A stretch of 64,000 bases of DNA from Marsupella aquatica (GCA_973895155.1 OZ316899.1:4839241-4903240); one strand, 5' to 3'. Shown: positions 37,856 to 49,601, counted from the stretch's first letter. A program made the numbers and translations. Notes: a model not told the origin generated them from the letters alone.

Positions 37856-38086
37856 CTGGCTAGGCAAATACCCTGGCATATCACCCTCGTGGCGGCCATA
37901 GTTCTCGATGTGCTCACAAGTCTCCCACGCATGTTGAACCACAAGTCCCTTACATCTCACACACCAGCAAGGTATGGGTCCTAGTGGAGCACGAGGACGA
38001 TCTGGAGGAGGGGGTGGAGGAACATCCCCCTCAGACGAGCTTGTGTCTGAGTCTGAATCTGACATGGAACTATCAGAAGTAGACAT
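37856..38086 (-). CDS. First coding exon: acidic/Pro stretch + transposase-associated Zn-finger-like motif
   Basis: IPCWCVRCKG...EHIENYG parallels KCPCYICNC...KHLIQN at the N-terminus of TnpD 1. Phase-0 donor CAG|GTACA at 37856/37855. Confidence 0.7.
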
Positions 38087-38398
38087 CTGCATGCATGAAG
38101 TACACTCATTCATGTAAGCTGCATAAAAGAAGACAAGTGTTGGAGTATCAAAATAGAATTAATTAATGCATGACATACAAAAGTCCTGTTGTACCTCAAT
38201 GATACCCGCGCTTTGCCAGCCTACCGTGTCGTATTTTCTACACACAAGGTGTGGGACATCCAAAATCTCTGCATATATGGGTGAGCATTTTGCTAATGAG
38301 CATAATCTGTAAGTGCGAAAGAGTGTAGGAAGAACACACCACATATAAAAAAATTCCAACATACAAATTAAGTGTAAATGATGCGGCTTGTGAAGAGG

Positions 38399-39110
38399 GG
38401 ACATCATACCTCCTGGATGCGCGGTCTCACACTATGCATAGTGCATTGTCCAAAACAAAACCTACCTACCCCCTCACAAACATTGAACCACCCCTCCAAA
38501 CACAAGGTACTGTGCATCAAATCCAACACAACCATTAGCCTAATATATGGAGGTTGAACCTTATCCTAAGAAAAGGTGTAACCTTATCCTAGTAAAACCC
38601 CATAACCCTAAGCCCATAAACCCCTCCAAAGAAATGATCCAAATAGCTTTCACCCAGAAATGGTTCGTACAAAAACTTCTTGTAGTATTTTGTCTATCAT
38701 ATATCATAGTATTGAGTTCCCATCACCACAATCATCCCTAAACTTGCAAGGAACTTGCAAGAGGACATCATACCTCCTGGATGCACGGTTTCATGCATAG
38801 TGCATTGTCCAAAATCAAAACCTCCCTACCCCCTCAAAAAAAGTTAACCACCCCTCCAAAAGCAAGGTACTACACATCAAATCCAAACACAAAGATTAGC
38901 CTAATGAAGGGGTTTAATATTATCCTAACAAAAGGTATAATGTTATACTAATAAAACCTCTACGTACACCCATAATCCCCTATAAAGAAATGAAACAAAA
39001 GGCTTTCACCCGAAAATGATTCATACAAAAACTTCTTGTAGTATTTTCTTGATCCTATATTACATATCATAGTATTGAGTTCCCATCACCACAACCACCC
39101 CTAAAACACC
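38399..39110. repeat. Tandem duplication, about 365-bp unit, 2 copies, in the CACTA 5' region
   Basis: GGACATCATACCTCCTGGATGC at 38399 and 38763, colinear through CATAGTATTGAGTTCCCATCACCACAA. Confidence 0.9.
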
Positions 39111-39267
39111 AAGACTCTATACACAATTGCATCATTAATTAGAGCCCAATATCTTAAGCATGCAAGACCATAGCTTATCAAAAAATTACATAGTCCGGTA
39201 CAAACCCCAAAATTTGTTCTCCGCAACAAAGAAACTTGCAAGAGGTCCCTCTACATGCATGACACGT

Positions 39268-40134
39268 TGTCGTGCCGAATGATTTTGGCTCAGGAATGGC
39301 TTTTATAGGGGATGATGGACGAGGCTTCCCGGTTGGGTTGCATGCATGCTGACTCGGAGGGGCTCCTTGGTTGGATGGATTGAGGTTTGGTGATTGGGTA
39401 GGTCGTCACCAGGTTTGGTGTTTGGGTGAGTCACCAGGCTTGGAGTTTGGATGAGCCTCGCTGATGGCAGCTGGCTCAGGCTGGATGGTTGGGTTTTTGA
39501 TGCTACTTAAGACTTGAGCCTTGGCTCATTGAGGTTGTCGATTGTCTATTCAGGTTGGTTGAATTACGTTCTTTGAGTTCCGCTCCGTTCTGCGGGACTC
39601 GGCTGTTGTGCGTCGGTTTTGGAGTTCTGAGCGAGTTTTCGATCCAGGCGGGAAGTTTCTCGAGTCTGGAGTTTCATTGATCCAGGCGGGGAGTCTCTCG
39701 AGTCTGGAGTCTCGTTGATCTAGGCGAGAAGTTTCTCGAGTCTGGAGTCTCGTTGATCCAGGCGGGGAGTTTTCTCGAGTCTGGAGCCTCGTTGGTCCAG
39801 GCCCGAGTTCCGTGCGAGCTGTTTTAGACTAGTGGAGTAGCTAGTCGAGTTTTGGTTTTGTGAACTAAGGAGGATAGTTTTTCCGTCAGATTTTGAGTAG
39901 TTAGTCACTCAAGGAGTTCTACCCGATAAGTTAGAGGTAGCGGCCCGCCGTAGGGCCAGCTACCAGACTCTTGCGGGCAAGCTTACTCAAGGGCACCTAT
40001 TGTAAACTTTGTGCGAAAAGTAAAAAATATAAAGGAGTGAGAGTTCGCTCTGAAAAGTGCTTGTCACCTGTCCTGATCGCAGCCAGAAGTGCGTAGTTTG
40101 CCCGAGGAGCCCCTAACTTAAAGTCCACGTGACA
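39268..40134 (+). repeat. 5' LTR (about 867 bp) of the gypsy element
   Basis: TGTCGTG...CGTGACA followed directly by a PBS and gag. The left boundary is inferred from the terminal inverted repeat only. Confidence 0.7.
39641..39805. repeat. 38-bp tandem repeat, about 4 copies, within the LTR
   Basis: GATCCAGGCGGGrAGTyTCTCGAGTCTGGAGTyTCrTT units. Confidence 0.9.
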
Positions 40135-40135
40135 T

Positions 40136-40152
40136 TGGCGACCATACTGGGG
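40136..40152 (+). promoter_or_regulatory. PBS TGGCGACCATACTGGGA (tRNA-Arg-like)
   Basis: TGG start 1 nt after the LTR end. Resembles the complement of a plant tRNA-Arg 3' end (from memory). Confidence 0.7.
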
Positions 40153-40157
40153 ATTCC

Positions 40158-42107
40158 TTGGGGCGGTTGGATGAGATGGGTGACTATGACGAAGTCGATC
40201 GGATATCGAGCATCATCATGTCGATGATGAGAACCATAAGGAAGGAAGAGCTTGAGTCGGAAAGGGCGAACAGAGAAGCGAATAGAACTACTCGATGTCT
40301 CCAAGAGGTTCTGAAGGAGAATGGGCAGTTCGATGGGAGAAATGTGACAAGCTACCTTAAGTCTTACTTGACAGAGGCAGTTGTCTACAAGTTGGACGAA
40401 GGGACAGCCGTGAAAGAGTTCATGGTGCTGGTTGAGAAGGAGTTGAGTTCGACGGTGCGAACCATCGTTGAGTCAGCTGAGGGTTGGGATGATTTCGACC
40501 AGAAGATGAAAGAGGAGTTCCAAGCTGAGGATGCTGATCGGGTCACGCAGGCTACCTTCTTGGATTGGGTGAATGACAGGAACAAGAAGCTGAAGGGGCC
40601 GCAAGAGCTCCTAAGGGAGTTCAAGAGAAGGGTGTCTCAGTTACCAAAGCGGGATGTGGGAATCATCGAGTTGCAGCGCTCGACGCTCTTCTTGCGGGCA
40701 GCCGATGAGGACCTTTGAGAAGAGCTTGAGAACGCGATGGAGCTGCTGGAACCTTCGAGAGTTACCTTGTCTAACGACTGGAACCAAGTTGAGAAAGCGG
40801 TGTCGAAAGTGAGCAATCGACACCGGCGGCGAGAGCTAGACAAGGAGGCTACCACTCTCGACCTGAGGCCGTCGGAACCGATATTGAGGAAAGGGAAGCG
40901 AGAGCCAGCGAAGGATGAGATCAAACCATCGGTGGATGATCTCGCAGAAATGATGCAGAACCTGAAGATCTTGGCGGCACATGCAGTCGAGAATCCAAAA
41001 CCGAGGGTTGCGAGTGCTCCCGAGAGGAAGCGAGAGATGCAGAGTTGGCCATGCATGTGGTGCGATAGCAAAGAGCATGACAAATGGGAGTGCCTGGACC
41101 TGAGGGAAGCTGCGGATAAAGGGCTGATCAAGTTCGTCGGTGAAGTTGGTCAGAAAAAGATATCGTTTGCCGATACTGAAGAGCCGATCCCATTCAACTC
41201 CAACAAGGGAGGCATGAAGGCTTTGGCTGAGAAGCGAGCAGGGAAGCGAGTCGAAGAGGCGTCCTCTTCGCACCTGGAAGCGAATGTTTACAATGTGGAG
41301 TTGGATGGCCCCGTGACGGAAACGGACAAATTTTACAAGCGCTTGGCGGATCTGGTGCGAGAGAGATCCGGATGGAGTGACCCGGTGCTGATCAATGCGA
41401 TAACGGTTGAGGTTGGGGCTAGTTGGGATGCCTTGGTCGAGTCAAAAAGGAAGAAAACCGACGAGGATGACACTCCGTCTCAATCAGGAGAACGAGAGAG
41501 GCGGGACACTCGAGACAAAGAAAGGAGGGTTAGGTTCGAAGAAGAGGAAATGAGCGAGAAAGAGCCGGAAAAAGGGAAACCGACCAGGAAGGACCCGGGC
41601 TGGGTGCTTGGCAGGGACGTGGACCAGACCATGTACCCGGAGGTCGTAGCTGAGAAGTTCTGGAGCCAACAGGCTCAAGGGTTTACCAACGCCGAGTTCT
41701 TTGGCAGTATGAGGCAAGAGATCCAGGAAGCGATCTTGGAGAGATCCAAGAGGAAACGGATTTACAAGGAGGGTGTGAACTCGGTCAGTTCAATGAAGGA
41801 CTATCTTTGGGGCGGATGTCCGAATGTGATGGTGAAGTTTGGGAATGTCAAGCAGGCTTGCAACATTTTTGTTCATGAGCACTTGTCGTTTCCGGTGATA
41901 CTGGGCATGCCGTTCATCACTGAATGGAGGATGGAGACAAAGGTTCTGGATGGTACTACCTTCATGGTGAAGGTTCGGAGCAAAGATGGGAAAGAGGTGG
42001 TTCAATTTCCGACTGTTTTACCTGGAAACGAGAGGAATAGGAAAGGGTTGAGGACTGAGAGTATCGATTCCGGTCCAGGTCTGGAAAACGACTTGGCACT
42101 TCGCTGA
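40158..42107 (+). pseudogene. gag: Ty3/gypsy Gag + CCHC + partial protease, one TGA
   Basis: FDGRNVTSYLKSY, CMWCDSKEHDKWEC, FPVILGMPF. The two ORFs are in frame. Confidence 0.85.
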
Positions 42108-42129
42108 AAAGAGTGGATCAGCGGAGTGC
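42083..42129 (+). promoter_or_regulatory. Putative -1 ribosomal frameshift signal
   Basis: G_GAA_AAC in the gag frame, 6-nt spacer, 12-bp stem 42096-42107/42118-42129. pol is in the -1 frame and open from 42059. Confidence 0.7.
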
Positions 42130-44375
42130 TCGTTCCTTAGCTCCTTGTGAAAGGGAAAATACGATGGATAATGGAGAGGAAGAGTCACTCGAATGTGCGG
42201 AGTCTAACTTGGGAATGGACAAGCTGCAGAAGGAGCTGGAAAGGCAGTACTCGTCTATGGCCGTGCTTGTATACTCGAGTACCAAATACAAAACGGTCGA
42301 CAAGAAGGTGAGGCCGGCGGCGATACCTTTGCCGGACGATGCGATGGAGGTTATGGATCGAGCGAGATTGGAACCAAGGCTGAGGCCAACTGATCGGATA
42401 GGGCATAAGTTTACTCAAGAGAGTTTGGCAAAGCTAAAGGTTGGTTCGGATGGGTTACTTACGGAGGTGGAGCAAGTGGCATTTCAAAAAATGATAATGG
42501 AGCATGGTAAGGCATTCTCGTTTTCGATTGAGGAGATTGGTTGTGCGGATCCGAGTAAGGTGACACCGATGGTCATCTTTACCATCCCTCATGTTCCATG
42601 GGATCTGAAACCGATTTCGGTTCCGCGGGCTTTAGCTCCAAAGCTTGCAGAACTGCTTAAGGAGAAGCTGAGCGCTAGGATTCTCAAGAGGTCTGATGCT
42701 CCCTACTCGAACAGATGGTTTACGGTGAGAAAGAAGAATGGAAGCTTGAGGTTCATTCAGGATATGCAACCTCCAAACAAGGTGACCATCAGGAATGTGG
42801 GAGTTGGGCCACTCGTGGATGAGTTTGTGGAGGAGTTCACTGGAAGGGCGATCTACTCCATGGGTGATTTGTTTTTGGGTTACGACCAGTTCCAGTTGGC
42901 GCAAGAGAGCCGAGACATTACGACTATGAGGACTCTGTTGGGCCTCTTGAGGATGTGCACTCTTCCTCAAGGGGCGACGAACTCAGTTGCACACATGCAA
43001 AATGCAATGAGCAAAATCTTGGAGCCGTTCATTCCGGAAAAAGTGAGACCGTTTATTGACGATGTCCCGATAAAAGGGTGCTTGGCTGAAGGGAGGGATG
43101 AGACCTTGAGAAGTGATGGGATCCGGCAGTTTGTGTGGGATCACATTGCGGATGTTAAGGCGGTTCTCGAGAAGCTGATTGATGTGGGAGTCACTCTTTC
43201 GGGAGAGAAGTCTGAATTCAGAATGAAAGAAGTGAAAGTCGTTGGGCAAATGTGCGGATCTTATGGGAGGAAACCGAACATGGATAAGGTGAGAGCTATT
43301 AGCGAGATGAAGGATTGCGAATCGGTGCCGGAAGTTTGAAGGTTTCTGGGTGCTTGTGTCTTTTATAAGATCTGGATCCCTCACTTCTCGCACCTGGCGG
43401 ACCCGCTCTATGAGCTGTTGAGGAAAAAGGTTAAGTGGAGATGGCTACCCGAGCATAGTGAAGCAATGGCTAAGCTTAAGAGCGCTCTCATGAGCCCACC
43501 AGTTCTCCAAGCTGCGGACTATGAGAACGGGCGACCACTGATCATGACTGTTGATGCGAGTCCGTTCGCAGCCGGGTGGGCTGTTGGGCAAGATGACGAG
43601 AATGGAGAAAGGTATGCGATCAGATTTGGGGCAAAAATTTTTACGGAAAGGCAAAGGAGATATGCTCAAGTTAAGAGAGAGCTTTGGGGTGCCAAGGTGG
43701 CACTCCATCAGGAGAGGAACTATTTGATTGGGGCGCCGGTGGTGGTTGAGACTGATTGCCAATCGCTGCTGGGAATGATCGCGAATTGTGACACGTCTGA
43801 CATAGCGATGCTCAGGTGGATTGCTTTCATTCGGATGTTCAACCCTGAGCTAAGTCACATTGCGGGAAAGGATAATCTGGTTGCCGACATGCTGTGAGGG
43901 CGAGATTCGGAAATGAGGTAGCAACGAGAGTTGGCAAGGTGACCAGAACCAAAAGTGTTGGAAGTCTAGAGTTCAAGGAGGAACTCTACTCGGGAGAGTT
44001 GCTGGATATCAGACGTTACATTAGCACTTTGGAGAAGCAACCAGAGTGGAGTTACCAGGAGTTCGTCAAGATCCGGAAGAGATCTTACAAGTTCCTATTG
44101 AGGGAGGGTTATTTGTGGCGAAGGCATAAGGACCCAAGTCAGTTGTTGCAGAGGGTTGTGGATACTAAGGGTGAGAAAGACCGAATTCTCAAAGAGAGCC
44201 ATGATGCTGACATGGCTGGGCACAAAGGGGTGCATTCGACTTACGAGAGGGTTCGGAAGCTGTACTGGTGGCCAGGTTTGTACTTGGCCGTTCGAGACTA
44301 TGTCGAGACTTGCGAGGTTTGCCAGTTTTACTCGAGGATCCGACATAGGGATGGATTGGTTCCGACTTACCCCCA
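42083..44375 (+). pseudogene. pol: Ty3/gypsy pol: RT, RNase H, integrase Zn domain, truncated
   Basis: KKNGSLRFIQD, DLFLGYDQ, LPQGATNS, FIDD, VDASP, KRELWG, VETDC, HIAGKDNLVADML, H..GH..YWWP..CEVC. Confidence 0.93.
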
Positions 44376-44377
44376 TT

Positions 44378-45319
44378 TGCTGCGTGGATAGCAACGTTGG
44401 AAGCGGCTTGAGCTCCTCTTTCCAACGAGGTCAATTATAGCTGATTTGGCCAAATACACAAAAAGTTATGTCCCCGCAACCGAGAGGGGGTACTCATTGC
44501 TACGCTAACCCGAGTTTGGCTAGCCTAGCTATCCTATCTAACCTTAGAAGAGTTAACCCATGGCCTCGGGCTAAGCTGCTATCCGTGTCCGTTGTCCGCT
44601 ATCTGTGTCCATTGTCCGTGTCCGCTATCCGTGTCCGTTGTCCGTGTCAGTTGTCCGTGTTCGTTGTCCGTGTCCACTATTTGTGCCTGCTGTCTACTAT
44701 CCGTGTCCATTGTCCGTGTCCGTTGTCCCGCTATCCATTGTCCATGTCCGTTGTCCGTGTCTGTTGTCTGTGTCCGTTGTCCGTGTCCGTTGTCCGCTAT
44801 CCGTTGTCCCGGGTTTAGTCTAACCCCAATCTAAATCCGCTAGCCACTAGCCACTATCCGGTATCTGTATCCGCTAACCTCTATTCGCTATCCACTATCC
44901 GTGTCCGCTAACCTCTATCCGTATCCGCTATCCGTGTCCGCTAACCTCTATCCATATCCGCTATCCGTGTCTGCTAACCTCTATCCATATCCGCTATCCC
45001 GGGTTACACACTAACCCGTCACACTAATAAGATCATATCTTTCCTAATACACCTCCGTTTTGAGAGTGTTTTATATCAATTTTACTCGCCTTGACCAGAT
45101 CTTTCCAATGCTCTTTACAGATCCGGATTTGGTGACATATTGAAAGAGATATGGTCGCCGACCACCCGCAACATAGCTTTTATTTCCCTACTATTAATGC
45201 CATGATTGCCCTTATTCTTGCCATCTTGCTAATTGTTATGCAATATCAATAGCTACTCCTTGCATACAGCAGCCTAGTTAATCAGATTAAAGAATAAGGA
45301 CCATGTCATCGGCGTCACA
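44378..45319 (-). mobile_element. LTR fragment of the same family as 1-160, with an internal minisatellite
   Basis: Ends GGCGTCACA at 45319, where it cuts the minus-strand gag. The left end is lost. Confidence 0.7.
44580..45000. repeat. TCCGTG/TCCGTTG microsatellite-like tract followed by about 33-bp CTAACCTCTATCC repeats
   Basis: Directly visible periodic sequence. Confidence 0.9.
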
Positions 45320-46807
45320 GACCCGATAGCAATCATGATCTAAATCCTCTTCTGAAAATGTTGATAGGGCCTCGGCCTCATCATCAGATGGTCCAAACTC
45401 TGCCTCGGCATCCACTTGCCATCCGAGTTCGATGTGGTTGATTTGAACTCCTCCTGGGGTAGTACCCGGAGGCAAGACCTTGACCAGCAAGAGCTTATGA
45501 TTTGTGGCAAGTCCTGCGAACCAAGTAGGACATTGTCCTAGCATGTGACCCTCCTGTCGGCATCCCATACATAGCTGAGCTGGTTGTCCATCACCTTGTT
45601 TGCGTGCATTCGGGCATTCTCTAGCAAAATGGCCAGGTTGACCACAATTATAGCATGCCGCAAATTGTTGTACATTCATCCTAGGAGGTACTGATGGATT
45701 CTGAATAATCCGAGGATACATTTCTCCCGGATTGTTTCTTAATCCTGACCAGAGAGATGCAGGTCGGTTGGATAAGTCTAGTGCTCCAGTCTCACTGATG
45801 CCGAAAACACTATCAGCGGCATCCCCTAGAAAGTACTCTACTTCTCCCTGACATGGTCTGACCTCAGCCACATGCCGAACATGACTAGTATTAAGTTTAA
45901 GACATGCGTCTTTATGATGTTCGGTTTTATAACATAAGGCACACCATACAGAGCTATCCTCGAGTACTACCTTCTTCTTTGGTTTTACCTCTGCTATTAT
46001 AGCTTTAAGCTGCTCGGTAAGAGCGACGATGTTATCTGGCGTTTTAGCTTCTAACTTGACTTTCAACTTCCCCCTCCTTCTACCCTTCTTTTTCCAAGAT
46101 TTTTCTTCTTCAGAACTAGAAGATGACTCACTCTTGCTACTTCCACTATCCGAGCTTGAGTTATCACTTTTTGACTTCTTAGAATGTTTCTTTTTCTTAT
46201 CTTTTTTCTTATGGGGTGATCCCTCCTCCAATGAGGAACTCTCAGACTTGAGCTGTTTTTTCCGGCTTGTGATGTCCGCATTAATGTATAATTGAATATC
46301 TGTAATTGCCTCGGCTAAAGTCTCTGGGTTCTCCTTCCTAATTGCAAAACTCATCTTCTGTGGCAAAGCATTCACCAACCATTGAAGTTGCATACCTTTA
46401 GATGCATTGGTCTTTGTACGTCTTACCAGCTTTTGGAAGCGTTGCAAGAACTTTCTGAAGGATTTGTTCTCCTTGAACCGAAGTCGTCCCAACTTCAGCA
46501 CTGCTAGCTCTGAGGTTCCAATGGGTCGAAACTCCTTTACAAATAGTGATTTGAAGGTATGCCAAATGGCTTGATCTTCCACATCCAATGCTCTGTACCA
46601 GGGCCTAGCCTCACCCTTGAACAGGCCGGGAAGAATCTGCATCTTGATGGCCGATTCTCTATTTGCTGCAGCGGTCCCTTCGAAGTCATCCAACCATTCA
46701 TCCGGATCCTCATCTCCTCTTCCATGAAATGCCTTGTAATGAATGCGCGACCGTTGGCTCAGTCTGGTCCCAGGCCTCTCTTCTGGCCGTGCCTTTGGTT
46801 CCCCCAT
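45320..46807 (-). CDS. gag: Gypsy (Tat-like) Gag with three CCHC knuckles, truncated
   Basis: FHGRGDEDPDEWLDDFE; CALCYKTEHHKDAC, CYNCGQPGHFAREC, CMGCRQEGHMLGQC. Confidence 0.88.
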
Positions 46808-47045
46808 GTCTGTTGGGGACTCACTTCTCCCTACCGACTCCTCTTCTAGTATGTCTTTGTCGATGCCACTTTTAGTTACAGAATGACTAGCTCCTTCTAC
46901 CCCTCTCAGTCGCTGTGTATCATGCCACCCGGCGAGCTGCTGCAGACGAACTCTCTCCCGTTGAATCGCTCTTTCCCCCTTGGCATAGTTTTAGTCATTA
47001 CCTACGTTTCCTCCCTAACTTCATATCTCACGGCTTAAGAAATGC

Positions 47046-47063
47046 CCCCTCCATCTAGCGCCA
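47046..47063 (-). promoter_or_regulatory. PBS TGGCGCTAGATGGAGGGG (tRNA-Asn-like)
   Basis: A few nt inside the LTR end at 47068. One mismatch to the complement of the plant tRNA-Asn 3' end as I recall it (TGGCGCTAGAAGGAGGGG). Confidence 0.75.
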
Positions 47064-47067
47064 AAAA

Positions 47068-48262
47068 TGTGGTGCGTCCCATGGCTCCCTAAACCCAAGA
47101 AACCCCTCTCACATGCCGATTCCTGCAAGTTTTGCTCTTAGCGAGGCCGATTTTGCGGCTTTAGCGGCATGGGACGCTGCTAACTTCCTTCTACTACTAT
47201 TGCTATTAACATTTTACTCACATATACTAGACAGATCCTTCATCGGGTCATGAGATACGTAGCCGACCTATTCTCGGCCTTCCCTTGTCCTCCTCTCTTG
47301 GTTTTTCTTTAGGTATGTTTGGATTCTGCCGCCGGAATGATCCCCAACTGGCTTGGGTAAGCCGCTAAGACCTCTCTCAGCTCGACACATCCAACTCTTA
47401 CTACCTTGCTTACTCCCTTCTTGGTTGATGTGGGCAATCTTCAAACAAGTTAATGCGACACACAAATAGCAAAATGACTCCTTCTGACTGAGTTATACCA
47501 TGCACTTGCCATACAAACAGTACTTCTCATATACAAGATTTGCGAACTAAGCCGTGAGGCCAACTCTATTCATTTCTTAGGTATGAGGAAACATGAATAT
47601 ACACAAGGGTCACAGTATAACTAACCGAGAGCTTCTTTAACTACTTGATCCCAACCCTGCTGGTGCACTAAAAACTTGCTAAGGAAGAAGGCCCTGAACT
47701 CCCCGCAGCCCAGGTACTTATCCTCGTAGTGGATCCGCCTAATTCCTTGCAGCGTAAGCCTAATCTACCTAACTGTAATCTACCTATGTATAGCGAGGCA
47801 GGAGCACAAGTGTTGCTCTTTCCAGTGGATCCGCAATCCCACTAAGCTAAGTGTCAGGGCCGCCCCTTGGTCCTGATCCTAATTCTAAACTTGGAGATCT
47901 GAGCCTGCCCTGCCCTCTCACGCCTCTTCCCTCCACGTCTGCCCTCCTTCAAAGGAGCGGCCCTCCACCACCGTCATGGCAGCGGTGTCTGGTCCTCAAT
48001 GGACGCCCCAACACTTCCTCCGCAACCACTACCGTAGGTCCGTCCTCTGACAGATTACCTGCTCCTGACCGAGTCAACTCTCCATTGGCCTGACTGGGTC
48101 CACCCTCGGCTTCGGCCTCAGCATTGGCCACGGCCATGGTTCCATAGTCACCCTTAATTGTTTATATTTCCCTATTTTTGTTACTATACTAAGGTGTTTC
48201 CTAGGATACACTCCTGATTTTACTAATTAAACTGGCCTAATGATTCCTGGCTAGGCATCACA
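47068..48262 (-). repeat. 5' LTR, family B, internally deleted version (1195 bp)
   Basis: Same termini as 56326-61011 (TGTGGTGCG...GGCATCACA). It aligns to about 56326-57378 and 60876-61011, and precedes the PBS and gag. Confidence 0.9.
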
Positions 48263-48669
48263 CAAGACATCACAAACAATATACCGGACCCACTATCAGT
48301 GAAAGGAGCACAATCGCGAAGTGATTGGCCTTGGTGGGAAATAGCTATTAACTTTGAGTTAGACTCACTCATTTAGAGAGAAGTTTTCGGACCTATCATT
48401 CCTGCACCACTTCACACACAACTTACTGGATACAAGTTTATATTTACAAAGAAAAGAAATGCACAGGGAGAGGTCATACGATATAAGGTCCACCTGGTAG
48501 CAAAGGGCTATACTCAGATACCAAGAAGAGATTTTGACCTTACATATTCACCAGTGATGGACTCCATCACCTACAGATACATGATATCATTTGCACTTGC
48601 TTATAAGTTGATGCTTCACATCCTAGACGTGGTGACAGCCTATCTATACGGCATACTTGACACTACTAT

Positions 48670-49011
48670 GAGGTGTTTACAAAAGACAGCAAACAGGAAA
48701 CAGGATTTAATAACAGAAACTGGTAACAGGAAAATGGATGGAAATTTTTTTTTGATTTTTTTTTTTGAGAAAAAAAAAGTTTTTTTTTTCGGTCGACCAG
48801 TTTTTTTTGCTAGCGCCTGGCGCTGCTAATAGTAGCGCCCAAAGCTAGCCAAAAATGTTGCATTGTTAATTTTTTTTGGAAATAACATGTTTTAGGAGAC
48901 ATTTTTAAATTGTCATTTTTCCTGGTAACAGTGATTTTTTCCTGGTAACAGCATATTAAAAACAGGAAAAAAAAATCCTGTTTACCTGTTTCCTGTCTCC
49001 GTCGCTATACC
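48670..49011. mobile_element. Mutator-type MITE (342 bp)
   Basis: Imperfect TIRs of about 40 bp (AGACAG.AAACAGG.AAACAGGATTT), G..C ends, 9-bp TSD CACTACTAT/CACCACTAT. Absent from the paralogous site near 61690. Confidence 0.85.
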
Positions 49012-49601
49012 CACCACTATCTACATGAAAGCCCCCCCGAGTTAATCACAATAATGAACTTTCATGTTCAGGGGGAGAGAAATGGTACCATATCCCATTC
49101 TACAACTTGGGACCACACGAAGAACTCCTACAGAGTGTCTTCCTAAGCATGCAAAACAAAATGAACCTTCAATTCTAAATAACCAAAAGAGGCAGAGCAC
49201 ATTCCAAGAAAATCATAGGCATACAAGGACTTATAAATCGCGATCTGCTACACAGACGACGAGAAAAGAATTTGCAGTACAAGTCTTACGATCAATGTAT
49301 GGCCTTAAGCAGAGTGGTCGCACCTGGTACAAAAAGTTCCGGGCAGAGATGTTAGCACTCGACTTTGTGAATGATGAGATTGCTCCTTGTCTATTTTTAA
49401 AACAGCAAGGAACTGAATATATCATTGTCGCTATTTACGTAGACGACATTAACATTTTTGGTACTCCTATTATAACTAAAGAGACAATCAAAATTTTGAA
49501 AAACACATTTCAAATGAGGGATCTTGGTGAACCCAAATACTGTCTTGGTCTTTAGTTTGATTATGTGCAGGGTGGCATATTGATTCACTGGGTGACCTAC
49601 A

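Larger units (their letters stand above)
32652..39267 (-). mobile_element. CACTA element 2 (TnpD + SET cassette); 5' part interrupted by the gypsy LTR
   Basis: Terminus, subterminal repeats, TnpD exons, SET exon and Zn-finger exon are contiguous. The second TIR was not seen. Confidence 0.75.

Noticed and set aside
39641-39805. Regular 38-bp repeats as a CRISPR array
   Set aside because: The units are contiguous with no unique spacers, lie in an LTR, and there are no cas genes.
39828-39836. ACTAGTG as the second CACTA terminus
   Set aside because: It lies inside the gypsy LTR, with no subterminal repeats or matching TSD.
44468-44834. Cys/Val/Ser-rich ORFs as metallothionein-like proteins
   Set aside because: They are translations of a TCCGTG/TTG minisatellite.
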